The translations under genes were made by a program, and so were the position numbers. A stretch of 64,000 nucleotides of DNA, taken from contig DATCDC010000027.1 in assembly GCA_036510915.1 (NCBI GenBank), positions 457 through 64,456 of the forward strand. Reading direction: 5' to 3'. Below the pieces are notes generated by a model. It was not told the origin of the DNA and ran no database searches. It worked only from the letters and a program-made list of their open reading frames with translations. Below are positions 17,338 to 26,314 of this stretch, piece after piece (the stretch's first letter is position 1; each line of letters starts with the position of its first letter). The stretch comes from Solirubrobacteraceae bacterium. GTDB taxonomy: Bacteria; Actinomycetota; Thermoleophilia; Solirubrobacterales; Solirubrobacteraceae.

Positions 17338-17810
17338 GGCCGCGCGTGGCGCTGCTGCTGGCGTTTGCCGCCTGCGCGCTGGCGCTGCTGCCGGCCGTCG
17401 CCGGGGCCGTGCAGCCGCGGGTGTCGTTCCCCGACATCGAGGACGAGGTGATGTGCGACACGTGCAACGTGCCGCTGAACATCGCCGAGTCGCCGCGCGC
17501 CGACCAGCTGCGCCGTGAGATCAGGGCGATGATCGCGCGCGGCATGACCAAGCCGCAGATCAAGGCGCAGCTGAAGTCCGAGTACGGGCCCAACATCCTG
17601 CCGCTGCCGCCGAAGCACGGCTTCGACCTCGCGGCCTACCTCGTGCCGATCGTCGTGGCGCTCGGCCTGCTCGTGCTCGGGCTGGTGCTCGTGCCGCGCT
17701 GGCGCCGGCGCAGCCGCGCCGAGGGCGGGCGACCGGACGCCGCCGCGCCGCCGATCGACACGATCGACGAGCGCCGGCTCGAGGACGAGCTCGCGCAGTT
17801 CGACGCCTGA
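17334..17810 (+). CDS. ccmH: cytochrome c-type biogenesis protein CcmH
   Basis: ATGA overlap with ccmG. Signal peptide, CxxC (VMCDTCNVPLNIAESPRADQLRREIRAMIARGMTKPQI) and a C-terminal TM segment. Confidence 0.8.
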   Translation: MRPRVALLLAFAACALALLPAVAGAVQPRVSFPDIEDEVMCDTCNVPLNIAESPRADQLRREIRAMIARGMTKPQIKAQLKSEYGPNILPLPPKHGFDLAAYLVPIVVALGLLVLGLVLVPRWRRRSRAEGGRPDAAAPPIDTIDERRLEDELAQFDA

Positions 17811-17814
17811 CCGG

Positions 17815-18564
17815 ATGCCGATCGCCACCGCCGACACCACCGTCGTGGCCGCGTTCGCGGTCGGCTTCGTGTCGTTCATCTCGCCGTGCGTGCTGCCGCT
17901 GGTGCCCGGATACCTGTCGGCGATCTCCGGCATCAGCCTCGCCGAGATCCGCGGCGGCGAGAAGCGCCTGTCGCACGTCCTGCTGCCCGCGATCATCTTC
18001 TGCCTGTCGTTCACGATCATGTTCGTGGCGCTCGGCATGACCGCGACCGGACTGGGTTCGACGCTCAGCGACCACAAGGCGACGCTGGACAGGATCTCCG
18101 GCTTCGTGATCATCGCGCTCGGCCTGTTCTTCATGCTCACGCCGTTCATCGCGCGCTTCAATCAGGAATGGCGCCCGGAGACGCTGATCCGCCGCGCGGG
18201 CGCCGGCAGCCCGGTGATCGCCGGCCTGGCGTTCGCCGTCGCCTGGACGCCGTGCGTCGGCCCGACCCTCGCCGCCGTGCTCGCGGCCGCCTCGACCTCC
18301 GACTCGGTCGCCCACGGCGGCGTCCTGCTCGCGTTCTACTCCGCCGGGCTCGCCGTCCCGTTCCTGCTGACCGCCGTGGCGTTCGACAAGGCGACCGGCG
18401 CGTTCCGCTGGCTGCGCGACCGCTACCTCCTGATCACGTTCATCTCCGGCGCGGTGCTCGTCGCGATGGGCGTCCTGATCCTCAGCGGCGAGCTCACCCG
18501 CCTGAACTCGGAGGCGCAGACGTTCCTCAACTCGATCGGCCTGGACTTCCTCTACAACATCTAG
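17815..18564 (+). CDS. ccdA: cytochrome c biogenesis thiol reductant transporter CcdA (DsbD_2 family)
   Basis: FISPCVLPLVPGYL and TPCVGP motifs, six TM segments. Confidence 0.9.
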   Translation: MPIATADTTVVAAFAVGFVSFISPCVLPLVPGYLSAISGISLAEIRGGEKRLSHVLLPAIIFCLSFTIMFVALGMTATGLGSTLSDHKATLDRISGFVIIALGLFFMLTPFIARFNQEWRPETLIRRAGAGSPVIAGLAFAVAWTPCVGPTLAAVLAAASTSDSVAHGGVLLAFYSAGLAVPFLLTAVAFDKATGAFRWLRDRYLLITFISGAVLVAMGVLILSGELTRLNSEAQTFLNSIGLDFLYNI

Positions 18565-18597
18565 AGAGCGGCCAAAGGGGCCGCAGCAGCCGTCGGT

Positions 18598-18769
18598 GAG
18601 TTCAGGCACCAGCGGCGTCAGGCCGAACCGGACGCCCCACAGAGCCGTCCACCACCAAGCCGAGCCCGGGATCGTGGATGCCTGGCGCCGCACGCGGGAG
18701 CGGGTGCTGTGCGAATGCACTGCCCCCGACCGCGGGTGGCGCCAGGCGCCGCGAGACCCGCGAGCAGGC
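18598..18769 (+). repeat. copy B of the conserved structured element, with an extra hairpin of about 55 nt inserted
   Basis: Same core as 5805-5917. Segment 18681-18748 forms GCCTGGCGCC...GGCGCCAGGC, enclosing an inner stem absent from copy A. Confidence 0.6.
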
Positions 18770-18803
18770 AGGGACCCACGCAACAACAACGAACACCGCG
18801 TAC

Positions 18804-20336
18804 ATGGCCGCCAGAACAGGCGGGCTTCAGCTGCCCTCCCCGCTCCCCGCCCGCCCCCGCACCCGCGGTGCGCTCCCGCTGTTCCTGGCGCGCAACTGGG
18901 CGCTGCTGACGCTGGTCGCCATCGTCGCCCTCGGCGCGGGGCTGCGCGTGCACCAGGCCGCGACCCCGGGCCGCTACCTCTCGGCGGACGAGCGCTCGTA
19001 CGCGCGGATCGCGATGAGCCTCGCCGACCAGGGCACGTACGCCGCCGACGGGCTGGCCGACCCATGGCACTGGGCACCGGGCACGCCGGCGCTGTTCGCG
19101 GCGGCGCACCTGCTGGCGCCCGGCGCCGACGGCGACGGCTCGCCGCAGCAGCTGCGCAGCGCGTTCTGGGCGCAGGCCGCCGTCGGCTCGGCGCTCATCG
19201 TCGTCGTCTTCCTGCTCGCCGCGGGCATCGGCGGGCCCATCGCCGGGCTGCTCGCCGCGGGCACGATCGCCGCCTATCCCCCGCTCGCCACCGCGACGGG
19301 TGACCTCGTCAGCGAGCCGTTCGGCGCGCTGACCCTCGGGTTGGCGCTGCTCGCGCTGCTCGGCGCCTGGCGCAGGCCGACGTGGCGCCGGCTGGCGCTC
19401 ACCGGAGCGGCGCTCGGCCTCGCGCTGCTCGTCCGCGCGGACATCCTCGTGCTGCCGGCGCTGCTCGGCGTGGCCTGGGTCCTGCTCGCGCGCCGGCGCA
19501 CGACGACGCGCGCCGCGCTCGCCCAGGGCGCCGTCATCGCGCTCGTCCCGCTGCTCGTCGCCGCGCCGTGGATCGCCTACGCCTCGGGCGAGGCCGGGCG
19601 CCTGATTCCCGTCGCCAGCAGCGGCCCCTCGACCCTCTTCGTCGGCACGTACCTCCCGGGGCAGGGCGGCCTCAGCGGCACGCGCCGCGTCCTCGAGCCG
19701 TACGTGCGTCGCCATATGTCGAATCTCCACGCCGTCCCGGTCTCGAGCATCCCCGGCGAGTTCGTCCTGCGAGCCTACATCCGCGAGCGCCACCCCGAGC
19801 TCGTGCCCGGTCCCTACCGCGCGATCCCGGAGACCGCGCTGCGCCACGCGCTGACCTTCGAGGCCGAGCGCAACCTGAAGACCTACGCGGTCGGGCAGCC
19901 GGTCGCCTACGCCGGCATGGAGCTGCGCAAGGTCGCGCGCATGTGGGGCGGCTACTACCGCGGCGGGACGCGCAACCCGCGCGACTGGCTGACGGCGTGG
20001 CACCGCACGCTGCTCGGGCTCGCCCTGGCGGGCGCGCTGGCGGGGCTGCTGCTCGCCCGCCGCCGCCGGCCGGAGCTCGCGCTGCTGCTCGTCCCGGTTC
20101 TCGCGAGCACGGCGGTCAACGTCGCGTTCGTCGCCCAGCCGCGCCACAACCTGCCGGTGCTCGGGCTGCTCGTCGCCGCGGGCGCCGCCGGCGGCGTCCT
20201 CGCGCTGCTGGCGCTGCGCTCGCGTCGCGGCGGCCTGCCGCCCGAGGCCGACCCTCCGGGCGACCAGATCACCGTCGAGCGCCGCGCGCTCGATCCCGAG
20301 ATCGTCGTCACGCGCCGCAGCCGCACGCGCGCGTAA
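18804..20336 (+). CDS. glycosyltransferase family 39 (ArnT/PMT_2-like) membrane protein
   Basis: 510 aa, polytopic. The N-terminal region LRVHQAATPGRYLSADERSYARIAMSLA is typical of GT-C enzymes. ATG at 18804 within track ORF 18678..20336. Confidence 0.75.
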   Translation: MAARTGGLQLPSPLPARPRTRGALPLFLARNWALLTLVAIVALGAGLRVHQAATPGRYLSADERSYARIAMSLADQGTYAADGLADPWHWAPGTPALFAAAHLLAPGADGDGSPQQLRSAFWAQAAVGSALIVVVFLLAAGIGGPIAGLLAAGTIAAYPPLATATGDLVSEPFGALTLGLALLALLGAWRRPTWRRLALTGAALGLALLVRADILVLPALLGVAWVLLARRRTTTRAALAQGAVIALVPLLVAAPWIAYASGEAGRLIPVASSGPSTLFVGTYLPGQGGLSGTRRVLEPYVRRHMSNLHAVPVSSIPGEFVLRAYIRERHPELVPGPYRAIPETALRHALTFEAERNLKTYAVGQPVAYAGMELRKVARMWGGYYRGGTRNPRDWLTAWHRTLLGLALAGALAGLLLARRRRPELALLLVPVLASTAVNVAFVAQPRHNLPVLGLLVAAGAAGGVLALLALRSRRGGLPPEADPPGDQITVERRALDPEIVVTRRSRTRA

Positions 20337-20351
20337 CGCGCCGGGGGCGTC

Positions 20352-21968
20352 CTACATCTCATCCGGCGCGGCGACCCCGAGCAGGTCGAGCGACCGCGCA
20401 AGGACCTGCTGCGCGGCCGTGCAGAGCTGCACGCGGAAGCCGAGGTCCTCGGCCGGCGCGCCGACGACCTGACAGTCGCGGTAGAAGGCGCTGAAGGACT
20501 GCGCGGTCTCCAGCGCGTAGGCGACGATGCGATGCGGCGCGCGCTTCTCGGCGGCCTCGCCGACCTCGTCGGGGAACTCGAGCAGCCGCTGGACGAGCGC
20601 ACGCTCGCTGGGGTGCAGCGTGCGCGCAGCATCGGGGGGCGGGACGGCACCGGCCTCGTGCACACGCCGCAGGATCGAGGCGATGCGCGCGTGGGCGTAC
20701 TGCACGTAGTAGACGGGGTTCTCGTTGGACTGGCTGCGCGCGAGCTCGAGATCGAGCTCCATCGTCGTGTCGTGCGAGCGCGCGAGCAGGAACCAGCGCG
20801 CGGCGTCCACGCCGATGTCGTCGACGAGGTCGTCGAGCGTGACGAACTCGCCCGCGCGCTTGCTCATCCGCGCGCGCTCGCCGCCCTCGACGAGATGGAC
20901 GAGCTGCATGATCAGCAGCTCGAGCTCACCGGGGGCACCGCCGAGCGCCTGGTAGGCGGCGTGCATGCGCGAGACGTAGCCATGGTGGTCGGCGCCCCAG
21001 ATGTCGATCAGCAGGTCGAAGCCGCGCTCGCGCTTCTCCTGGTGGTAGGCGATGTCCGAGGCGAAGTACGTGTGCTCGCCGCTGGAGCGCTCCAGCACGC
21101 GGTCCTTGTCGTCGCCGAACTCGGTCGTGCGCAGCCACAGCGCGCCGTCCCGGCGGAACGTGCGCCCCTGCGCCTCGAGCGCGTCGAACGCGCGCTGGAC
21201 GGCCGTCGGCGACCCTTCGTGGAGCGTGTGCTCGCGAAACCACGTGTCGAAGACGATTCTGAAGCGCGCGAGGCTGCGCTCGGCCTGGCCGAGCAGCAGC
21301 TGCACGCCGAGCCGCGCCACCTCATCGGCGGGCAGGTCCGCGGCACCGTCGATCTCGCGCGCGAGCTCGACGACGTAGTCGCCGACGTAGCCGCCCTCCG
21401 GCGGCTCCTCGCCGCGTGCCCGCGCCTGGATCGAGGCGCCGAGCAGCTGGCTCTGCGACCCGAAGTCGTTGACGTAGAACTCGCGATGGACGCGGTGCCC
21501 GCGGAACGCGAGCAGGCGCGCGAGCGCGTCCCCGTAGGCGGCGTTGCGCGTGCCGCCGACGTGGACCGGGCCCGTCGGGTTCGCGCTGACGAACTCGATG
21601 TTCACGGTGCGCACGGGGTCCGCGCCGCCGCCGCCCCAGCCGTCGCCCGCGGCCGCGATCGCGCCGAGCGCCTCGACGTACCAGGCGTCCGAAAGCACGA
21701 GGTTCAGGAATCCGGGCCCGGCGACGTCGGAGCCCGCGAGCGCCGGGCCGAGCCGGCCGGCGAGCTCGTCCGCCAGCCGCGCGGCCACCTCGCGCGGCGG
21801 CGCGCCGACGGCCTTGGCGATCATCAGCGCGGCGTTCGTCGCGTAGTCGCCGTGCTCGGGCTGGCGCGGGCGCTCGAGCGTCGGCGCCGAGCGCGCAGCC
21901 ACACCGTCGGCGACGGCGTCGACCGCGCCGTGCAGCGCGGCGCGCAGGTCGTCGAGCGGGGGCGTCAT
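20352..21968 (-). CDS. argS: arginine--tRNA ligase
   Basis: 538 aa with HGDYATNAA, SANPTGPVHVGGTRNA (HIGH-like) and MSKRAG (KMSKS) motifs. Confidence 0.95.
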   Translation of the reverse strand: MTPPLDDLRAALHGAVDAVADGVAARSAPTLERPRQPEHGDYATNAALMIAKAVGAPPREVAARLADELAGRLGPALAGSDVAGPGFLNLVLSDAWYVEALGAIAAAGDGWGGGGADPVRTVNIEFVSANPTGPVHVGGTRNAAYGDALARLLAFRGHRVHREFYVNDFGSQSQLLGASIQARARGEEPPEGGYVGDYVVELAREIDGAADLPADEVARLGVQLLLGQAERSLARFRIVFDTWFREHTLHEGSPTAVQRAFDALEAQGRTFRRDGALWLRTTEFGDDKDRVLERSSGEHTYFASDIAYHQEKRERGFDLLIDIWGADHHGYVSRMHAAYQALGGAPGELELLIMQLVHLVEGGERARMSKRAGEFVTLDDLVDDIGVDAARWFLLARSHDTTMELDLELARSQSNENPVYYVQYAHARIASILRRVHEAGAVPPPDAARTLHPSERALVQRLLEFPDEVGEAAEKRAPHRIVAYALETAQSFSAFYRDCQVVGAPAEDLGFRVQLCTAAQQVLARSLDLLGVAAPDEM

Positions 21969-23050
21969 GTGCGGTGCTCGGCAGTCCGGCCCGGGTCAGG
22001 ATGCCCGACCGCGAACGCGCCCTCGAGGCGCTCCATGGTCGCGAGGGCGCCCATCGCGAGGATGACGTCACCCGCCGCGAGGCTCGTCCCCCCAGGGGGC
22101 TGGGTCAGGAAGCTGCCGTCGGGACGCCGCACGGCCACGATGATCGCAGCGCCGCGCACGTCGACGATCGTCGCCCCGTCCGCGGCCGACCCGGCGTCGA
22201 CCTCGATCTCCTCGAGGCGGTACTCGGGCGCGACGTCGAGCGTGCCCGAGACCTGGGGGGTCAGCGCCCAGCGCGCCATCTCCGAGCCGCTCGAGCGGTA
22301 CGGAGAGATCACGCGGTTGGCGCCGGCGAGCAGGAGCTTGGGCTCGGTGTCGCGGTCGGACGCGCGCGCGATGATCGAGAGCTCCGGGTTCAGCTGCCGT
22401 GCGGAGAGGGTGATGAAGACGTTCTCGGCGTCGCTGTCGACCGCCGCGATGAGCGTCTTCGCCCGCCGGATGCCCGCCTGCTCGAGCACGTCGTCGACCG
22501 TCGCGTTGCCCTCGATGAAACGCACCCCGACGCCGCGCGCCTCCTCCAGGTTCTCGTGGTGGGGGTCGATCACGACGTAGCGCGACCCGGCGGCGCGGAG
22601 ATCCGCGGCGGCCTGGCGGCCCACGCGGCCGAAGCCGCAGATGATCACGTGGTCGGTGAGGGCGTCGATGGCCTGCTGCTCGCGTCGGTCGTCGAGAAGG
22701 GTGCGGACGTGCCCGGAGACGAGGACCTCGACCGCCGTCACCAGGGCGTAGAGCAGCGTACCGACGCCCAGCACGATCAGCACGACCCAGACGATCTCCC
22801 CGCCGGTCGTCTGCGGCCGGTTGCGGGCGCCCTCGGTCGCGACGGTGTCGAGCGACCACAGGAAGCCGTTCCAGGGCGAGACGCCCTCGAAGACCGCGTA
22901 GCCGAGCGCGCCGAGCGCGAGCAGCACCACCACCGCCACGGCGACCCAGGCGAAGCGCCGCAGGAAGTGGCGCAGCTCGTGGCGGGAGAGGTCGCGCGGG
23001 ACCGACGGATCCGGACCGGGCCTGCGCCGGCGCGCGTCGAACGTCGGCAT
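21965..23050 (-). CDS. 2-TM pore-loop ion channel with RCK/TrkA-N domains, non-canonical filter
   Basis: TM1-pore-TM2 followed by the Rossmann motif HVIICGFGRVGRQ and a TrkA-C-like C-terminus. The pore reads LDTVATEGARN instead of TVGYGD. ATGA overlap with argS. Confidence 0.8.
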   Translation of the reverse strand: MPTFDARRRRPGPDPSVPRDLSRHELRHFLRRFAWVAVAVVVLLALGALGYAVFEGVSPWNGFLWSLDTVATEGARNRPQTTGGEIVWVVLIVLGVGTLLYALVTAVEVLVSGHVRTLLDDRREQQAIDALTDHVIICGFGRVGRQAAADLRAAGSRYVVIDPHHENLEEARGVGVRFIEGNATVDDVLEQAGIRRAKTLIAAVDSDAENVFITLSARQLNPELSIIARASDRDTEPKLLLAGANRVISPYRSSGSEMARWALTPQVSGTLDVAPEYRLEEIEVDAGSAADGATIVDVRGAAIIVAVRRPDGSFLTQPPGGTSLAAGDVILAMGALATMERLEGAFAVGHPDPGRTAEHRT

Positions 23051-23457
23051 CAGTGGTGGTAGGGCTCGCCGGCGATGATCTTGTGGGCGCGATAGAGCTG
23101 TTCGAGCAGCACGACACGGGCCATCTGGTGGGGCAGCGTCATCGGCCCGAACGACAGCGTCTGGTCCGGGCTGGGCAGGTCGAGCCCGTACGCACCGCCG
23201 ATCACGAAGCACCAGTCGCGCGCGCTCATCCGCCGCTCCTCGAGTTCGCGGCTGAACCCGACGCTGTCGAACGTCGTGCCGCCGGCGTCGAGCAGCGTGA
23301 CGAACGCGCGCTCGGGAATCCGCTTCTCGACCTTGTCGTTCTCGCGCACCTCGACGATCTCCAGCCGGCAGTGGCCGGCCAGCATACGCTGGTAATGCTG
23401 GACGTCGTCGACGAACGGCGGCCGCAGGCGGCCCACGGCGATGACGACGATCTTCAC
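23050..23457 (-). CDS. rlmH: 23S rRNA (pseudouridine1915-N3)-methyltransferase RlmH
   Basis: VKIVVIAVGRLR... FVIGGAYGL... LPHQMARVVLLEQLYRA, SPOUT family. GTG 23457 chosen as the start (alternative ATG 23481). Confidence 0.85.
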   Translation of the reverse strand: MKIVVIAVGRLRPPFVDDVQHYQRMLAGHCRLEIVEVRENDKVEKRIPERAFVTLLDAGGTTFDSVGFSRELEERRMSARDWCFVIGGAYGLDLPSPDQTLSFGPMTLPHQMARVVLLEQLYRAHKIIAGEPYHH

Positions 23458-23479
23458 AACGCGGGATACTAGGCGGACC

Positions 23480-23788
23480 ATGGCCGACGAACCCCACGAG
23501 CCCGAGCGGCACATCAACATCCACATCGAGCCGCAACAGATGGCGGGCCACTACGCGAACTTCGCGAATGTGAGCCACTCCGACTACGAGTTCACGGTGA
23601 CGTTCGCGCGCGTGGACCACGAGGTCGAGGAGGGCGAGATTCCCGGCGTGGTCGTCTCGCGCGTCAACCTGTCGCCGCGCTTCATGCGCGAGCTGCTGGA
23701 CGCGATGGAGGACAACTACGGGCGCTGGAAGGCCCGCGAGAACATCAAGAACCTCCCGGAGGTCGACCAGCAGCGCGAGGACTTCTGA
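23480..23788 (+). CDS. DUF3467-like small protein
   Basis: MADEPHE... GHYANFANVSHSDYEFTVTFARV is characteristic of DUF3467. Confidence 0.7.
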   Translation: MADEPHEPERHINIHIEPQQMAGHYANFANVSHSDYEFTVTFARVDHEVEEGEIPGVVVSRVNLSPRFMRELLDAMEDNYGRWKARENIKNLPEVDQQREDF

Positions 23789-23852
23789 GCGGCCGCTCCC
23801 GATTTCTGCATGGCGCGCGTGACGCTACGGTCGTGACGAGCGTTTGAACACC

Positions 23853-24584
23853 ATGCAGGTCGCCGTCGTCTCCGACATCCACGCGAATCGCCAGGCCCTC
23901 GAGGCCGTCCTCGAGGACGTCGAGGGCACGGCCGCGCGTGAGCTGTGGTGCCTGGGCGACCTCGTCGGCTACGGGGCCGACCCCAACGACTGCGTCGCGC
24001 TGATCCGCGACCACGCGACCCTCTGCATCGCCGGGAATCACGACCTGGCGGTCACGGGCGACATCCCGCTCGACGAGTTCTCCCGTGGCGCCGCGCTGGC
24101 GGCGCGCTGGACGCAGGACGTCATCGAGGCGGAGAACCTCGAGTGGCTGGCGACCCTGCGGCCCGAGGCGGATGCCGGGGAGGTCGGGCTGTTCCACGGC
24201 AGCCCGCGCGATCCGATCTGGGAATACGTCATCAGCGCCCTGCTGGCCGAGCTCTGCTTCGACGAGCTGCACGAGCGGATCGGCCTCGTCGGGCACAGCC
24301 ACGTCGCGCTGTCCTTCGAGCGCCAGGAGGGGAGCCCGGCGACCGGATCGGCACGCCGCGAGGACGAGACGGTCGACATCTCCGCCGGCAACTGGCTGCT
24401 GAACCCCGGCAGCGTCGGGCAGCCCCGCGACGGCGACCCGCGCGCGGCGTGGCTGATGCTCGACCTGACCTCGGGCCTGGCCTCGTGGCACCGCACCGAG
24501 TACGACATCGACGGTGCCGCCGCGGCGATCCGCGCCGCCCGGCTGCCGGACTCCCTCGCCGAACGGCTTCAGTACGGTCAATGA
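23853..24584 (+). CDS. metallophosphoesterase family protein
   Basis: MQVAVVSDIHAN, CLGDLVGYG, AGNHD and GHSH motifs. Confidence 0.85.
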   Translation: MQVAVVSDIHANRQALEAVLEDVEGTAARELWCLGDLVGYGADPNDCVALIRDHATLCIAGNHDLAVTGDIPLDEFSRGAALAARWTQDVIEAENLEWLATLRPEADAGEVGLFHGSPRDPIWEYVISALLAELCFDELHERIGLVGHSHVALSFERQEGSPATGSARREDETVDISAGNWLLNPGSVGQPRDGDPRAAWLMLDLTSGLASWHRTEYDIDGAAAAIRAARLPDSLAERLQYGQ

Positions 24585-25108
24585 CCGTGCGTCATCATCT
24601 CGCACTCCTGCTGGCCCTCGCGCTCGGTGCACTCAGCGCCGGGCTCGTGGCGTGCGGCAGCAGCTCCAAGCTGCTGCCCGCGAACGACGCTGCGGCGATG
24701 GACAACGCGCTCGCCAACGTCTCCGACGCGACCGCCGCGGGCGACTGCGCGAAGGCGGTCTCCGCGCTGCACGACGCCCAGCAGGCCTATGCCTCGCTGC
24801 CCGCGAGCGTCGACGCGCAGCTGAGCGCCCGCATCCGCCAGGGTCTGGCCGCGCTCGCGAGCACGGTGCCGACGCAGTGCAAGGGCGCGACGACGCCGGC
24901 GCCCACGCCGACGCCGAGCACGACGGGGTCGTCGACCGCGACGCCGACGACCACGACCGGCACCACGACGACCACCACCACCACGCCGACCACGACGACC
25001 TCGACCGGCACCACGACGACCACGACGTCCCCGACCACGACGTCGACGACCACCCCGACGAACCCCGGCGGCGTCAGCCCCGATCAGACGACGACGGGGG
25101 CCAAGTGA
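24581..25108 (+). CDS. lipoprotein with Thr/Pro-rich low-complexity tail
   Basis: ATGA overlap with the upstream gene. Lipobox LSAGLVAC. Residues 103-160 are almost entirely T/P/S/G (nt 24887-25060). Confidence 0.7.
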   Translation: MTVRHHLALLLALALGALSAGLVACGSSSKLLPANDAAAMDNALANVSDATAAGDCAKAVSALHDAQQAYASLPASVDAQLSARIRQGLAALASTVPTQCKGATTPAPTPTPSTTGSSTATPTTTTGTTTTTTTTPTTTTSTGTTTTTTSPTTTSTTTPTNPGGVSPDQTTTGAK

Positions 25109-26310
25109 GCGCCCAGCTGCTGGCCGATCGCTACGAGCTCGGCGAGCGCCTCGGCAGCGGCGGCATGTCCACCGTCGTCCTCGCCCTCGACCGCCGCCTC
25201 GAGCGCCACGTCGCGATCAAGCTGCTCGCCGAGCACCTCGCCGACGACCGCCAGTTCGTCGCGCGCTTCCGCCGCGAGGCGCTGAGCGTCGCGCGACTCG
25301 TGCACCCGAACATCGTCCAGGTCTTCGACTTCGGACTCGACGAGCACAGCGGCCGCCAGTACATCGTCATGGAGTACGTGCAGGGCCAGTCCTGCGCCGA
25401 GATCCTGCGCGAGCGCGGCCAGCTGCCCGTCCCCGAGGCGCTGGGGATCATCTCGCAGGCCTGCCGCGGCCTGGACTACGCCCACCAGGGCGGCGTCGTG
25501 CACCGGGACGTCAAGCCCGGCAACCTGCTGCGCTCCGACGACGGCGTCGTGAAGCTCGCCGACTTCGGGATCGCCAAGGCGATCAGCGAGGAGTCCTCGA
25601 TCACGCAGGTCGGCTCGGTGCTCGGAACCGCCGCCTATCTGGCGCCCGAGCAGGCGACCGGCCAGGAGGCGACCGCGCGCTCGGACATCTACGGGCTCGG
25701 GGTCGTGACCTACCAGCTGCTCTCCGGGCGCCTGCCCTACGAGGCGGCGACGCTGACCGAGCTCGCGCTCAAACAGCAGCGCGAGGCGCCCGCGCTGCTC
25801 GACCAGCTGAACCCGGAGGTCACGCCGGAGCTCGCCGCGGCCGTCGACCGTGCGCTCGCGCTCGAGCCCGAGGACCGCTACGCGACCGCCGAGGAGCTGC
25901 GCCAGGCGCTCAGCGACGGCGCACGCGGCATCGCCTGGGACGACGGCCACACGGGCGCCGCCCGCGCCACGGCGTCCGCGACGCACGCGACGAGCATCGT
26001 CCCGCGGGCGGCCGCCGGGGCGATCGCGGCAGGGCCCGCGACACCGGTGCAGCGCCGCCAGCCGATCCAGCCCGCGCAGCCGCGCAACCAGCCGCCGCCC
26101 GCGATCGTCCCCCCCTCCCAGGCCCCGGCCCGGCGCCGGCGCCGGCTCGGCCCGCTGGTCGTCCTGCTGCTCGCACTCGCCGCGGGCGCCGCGGTGGTCG
26201 TCATCGCAACGACCTCGAGCAACACCGTGCGCCTGCGCCAGGTCGTCTATCCCAAGGTCGAGCGCACCGTCACCGAGCTGCAGCAGCTCATCCGCCAGAA
26301 CACGCGCTGA
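25105..26310 (+). CDS. Ser/Thr protein kinase (Hanks type) with C-terminal TM anchor
   Basis: GTGA overlap with the lipoprotein gene. GSGGMSTV...AIK, HRDVKPGN, DFG and APE motifs. TM segment LGPLVVLLLALAAGAAVVVIA and a short ectodomain. Confidence 0.9.
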   Translation: MSAQLLADRYELGERLGSGGMSTVVLALDRRLERHVAIKLLAEHLADDRQFVARFRREALSVARLVHPNIVQVFDFGLDEHSGRQYIVMEYVQGQSCAEILRERGQLPVPEALGIISQACRGLDYAHQGGVVHRDVKPGNLLRSDDGVVKLADFGIAKAISEESSITQVGSVLGTAAYLAPEQATGQEATARSDIYGLGVVTYQLLSGRLPYEAATLTELALKQQREAPALLDQLNPEVTPELAAAVDRALALEPEDRYATAEELRQALSDGARGIAWDDGHTGAARATASATHATSIVPRAAAGAIAAGPATPVQRRQPIQPAQPRNQPPPAIVPPSQAPARRRRRLGPLVVLLLALAAGAAVVVIATTSSNTVRLRQVVYPKVERTVTELQQLIRQNTR

Positions 26311-26314
26311 GCGA

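Noticed and set aside
24887-25060. ACC/ACG-rich repetitive tract as a possible CRISPR array or tandem-repeat locus.
   Set aside because: It is in frame inside a lipoprotein gene and encodes poly-Thr/Pro. There is no repeat-spacer periodicity.
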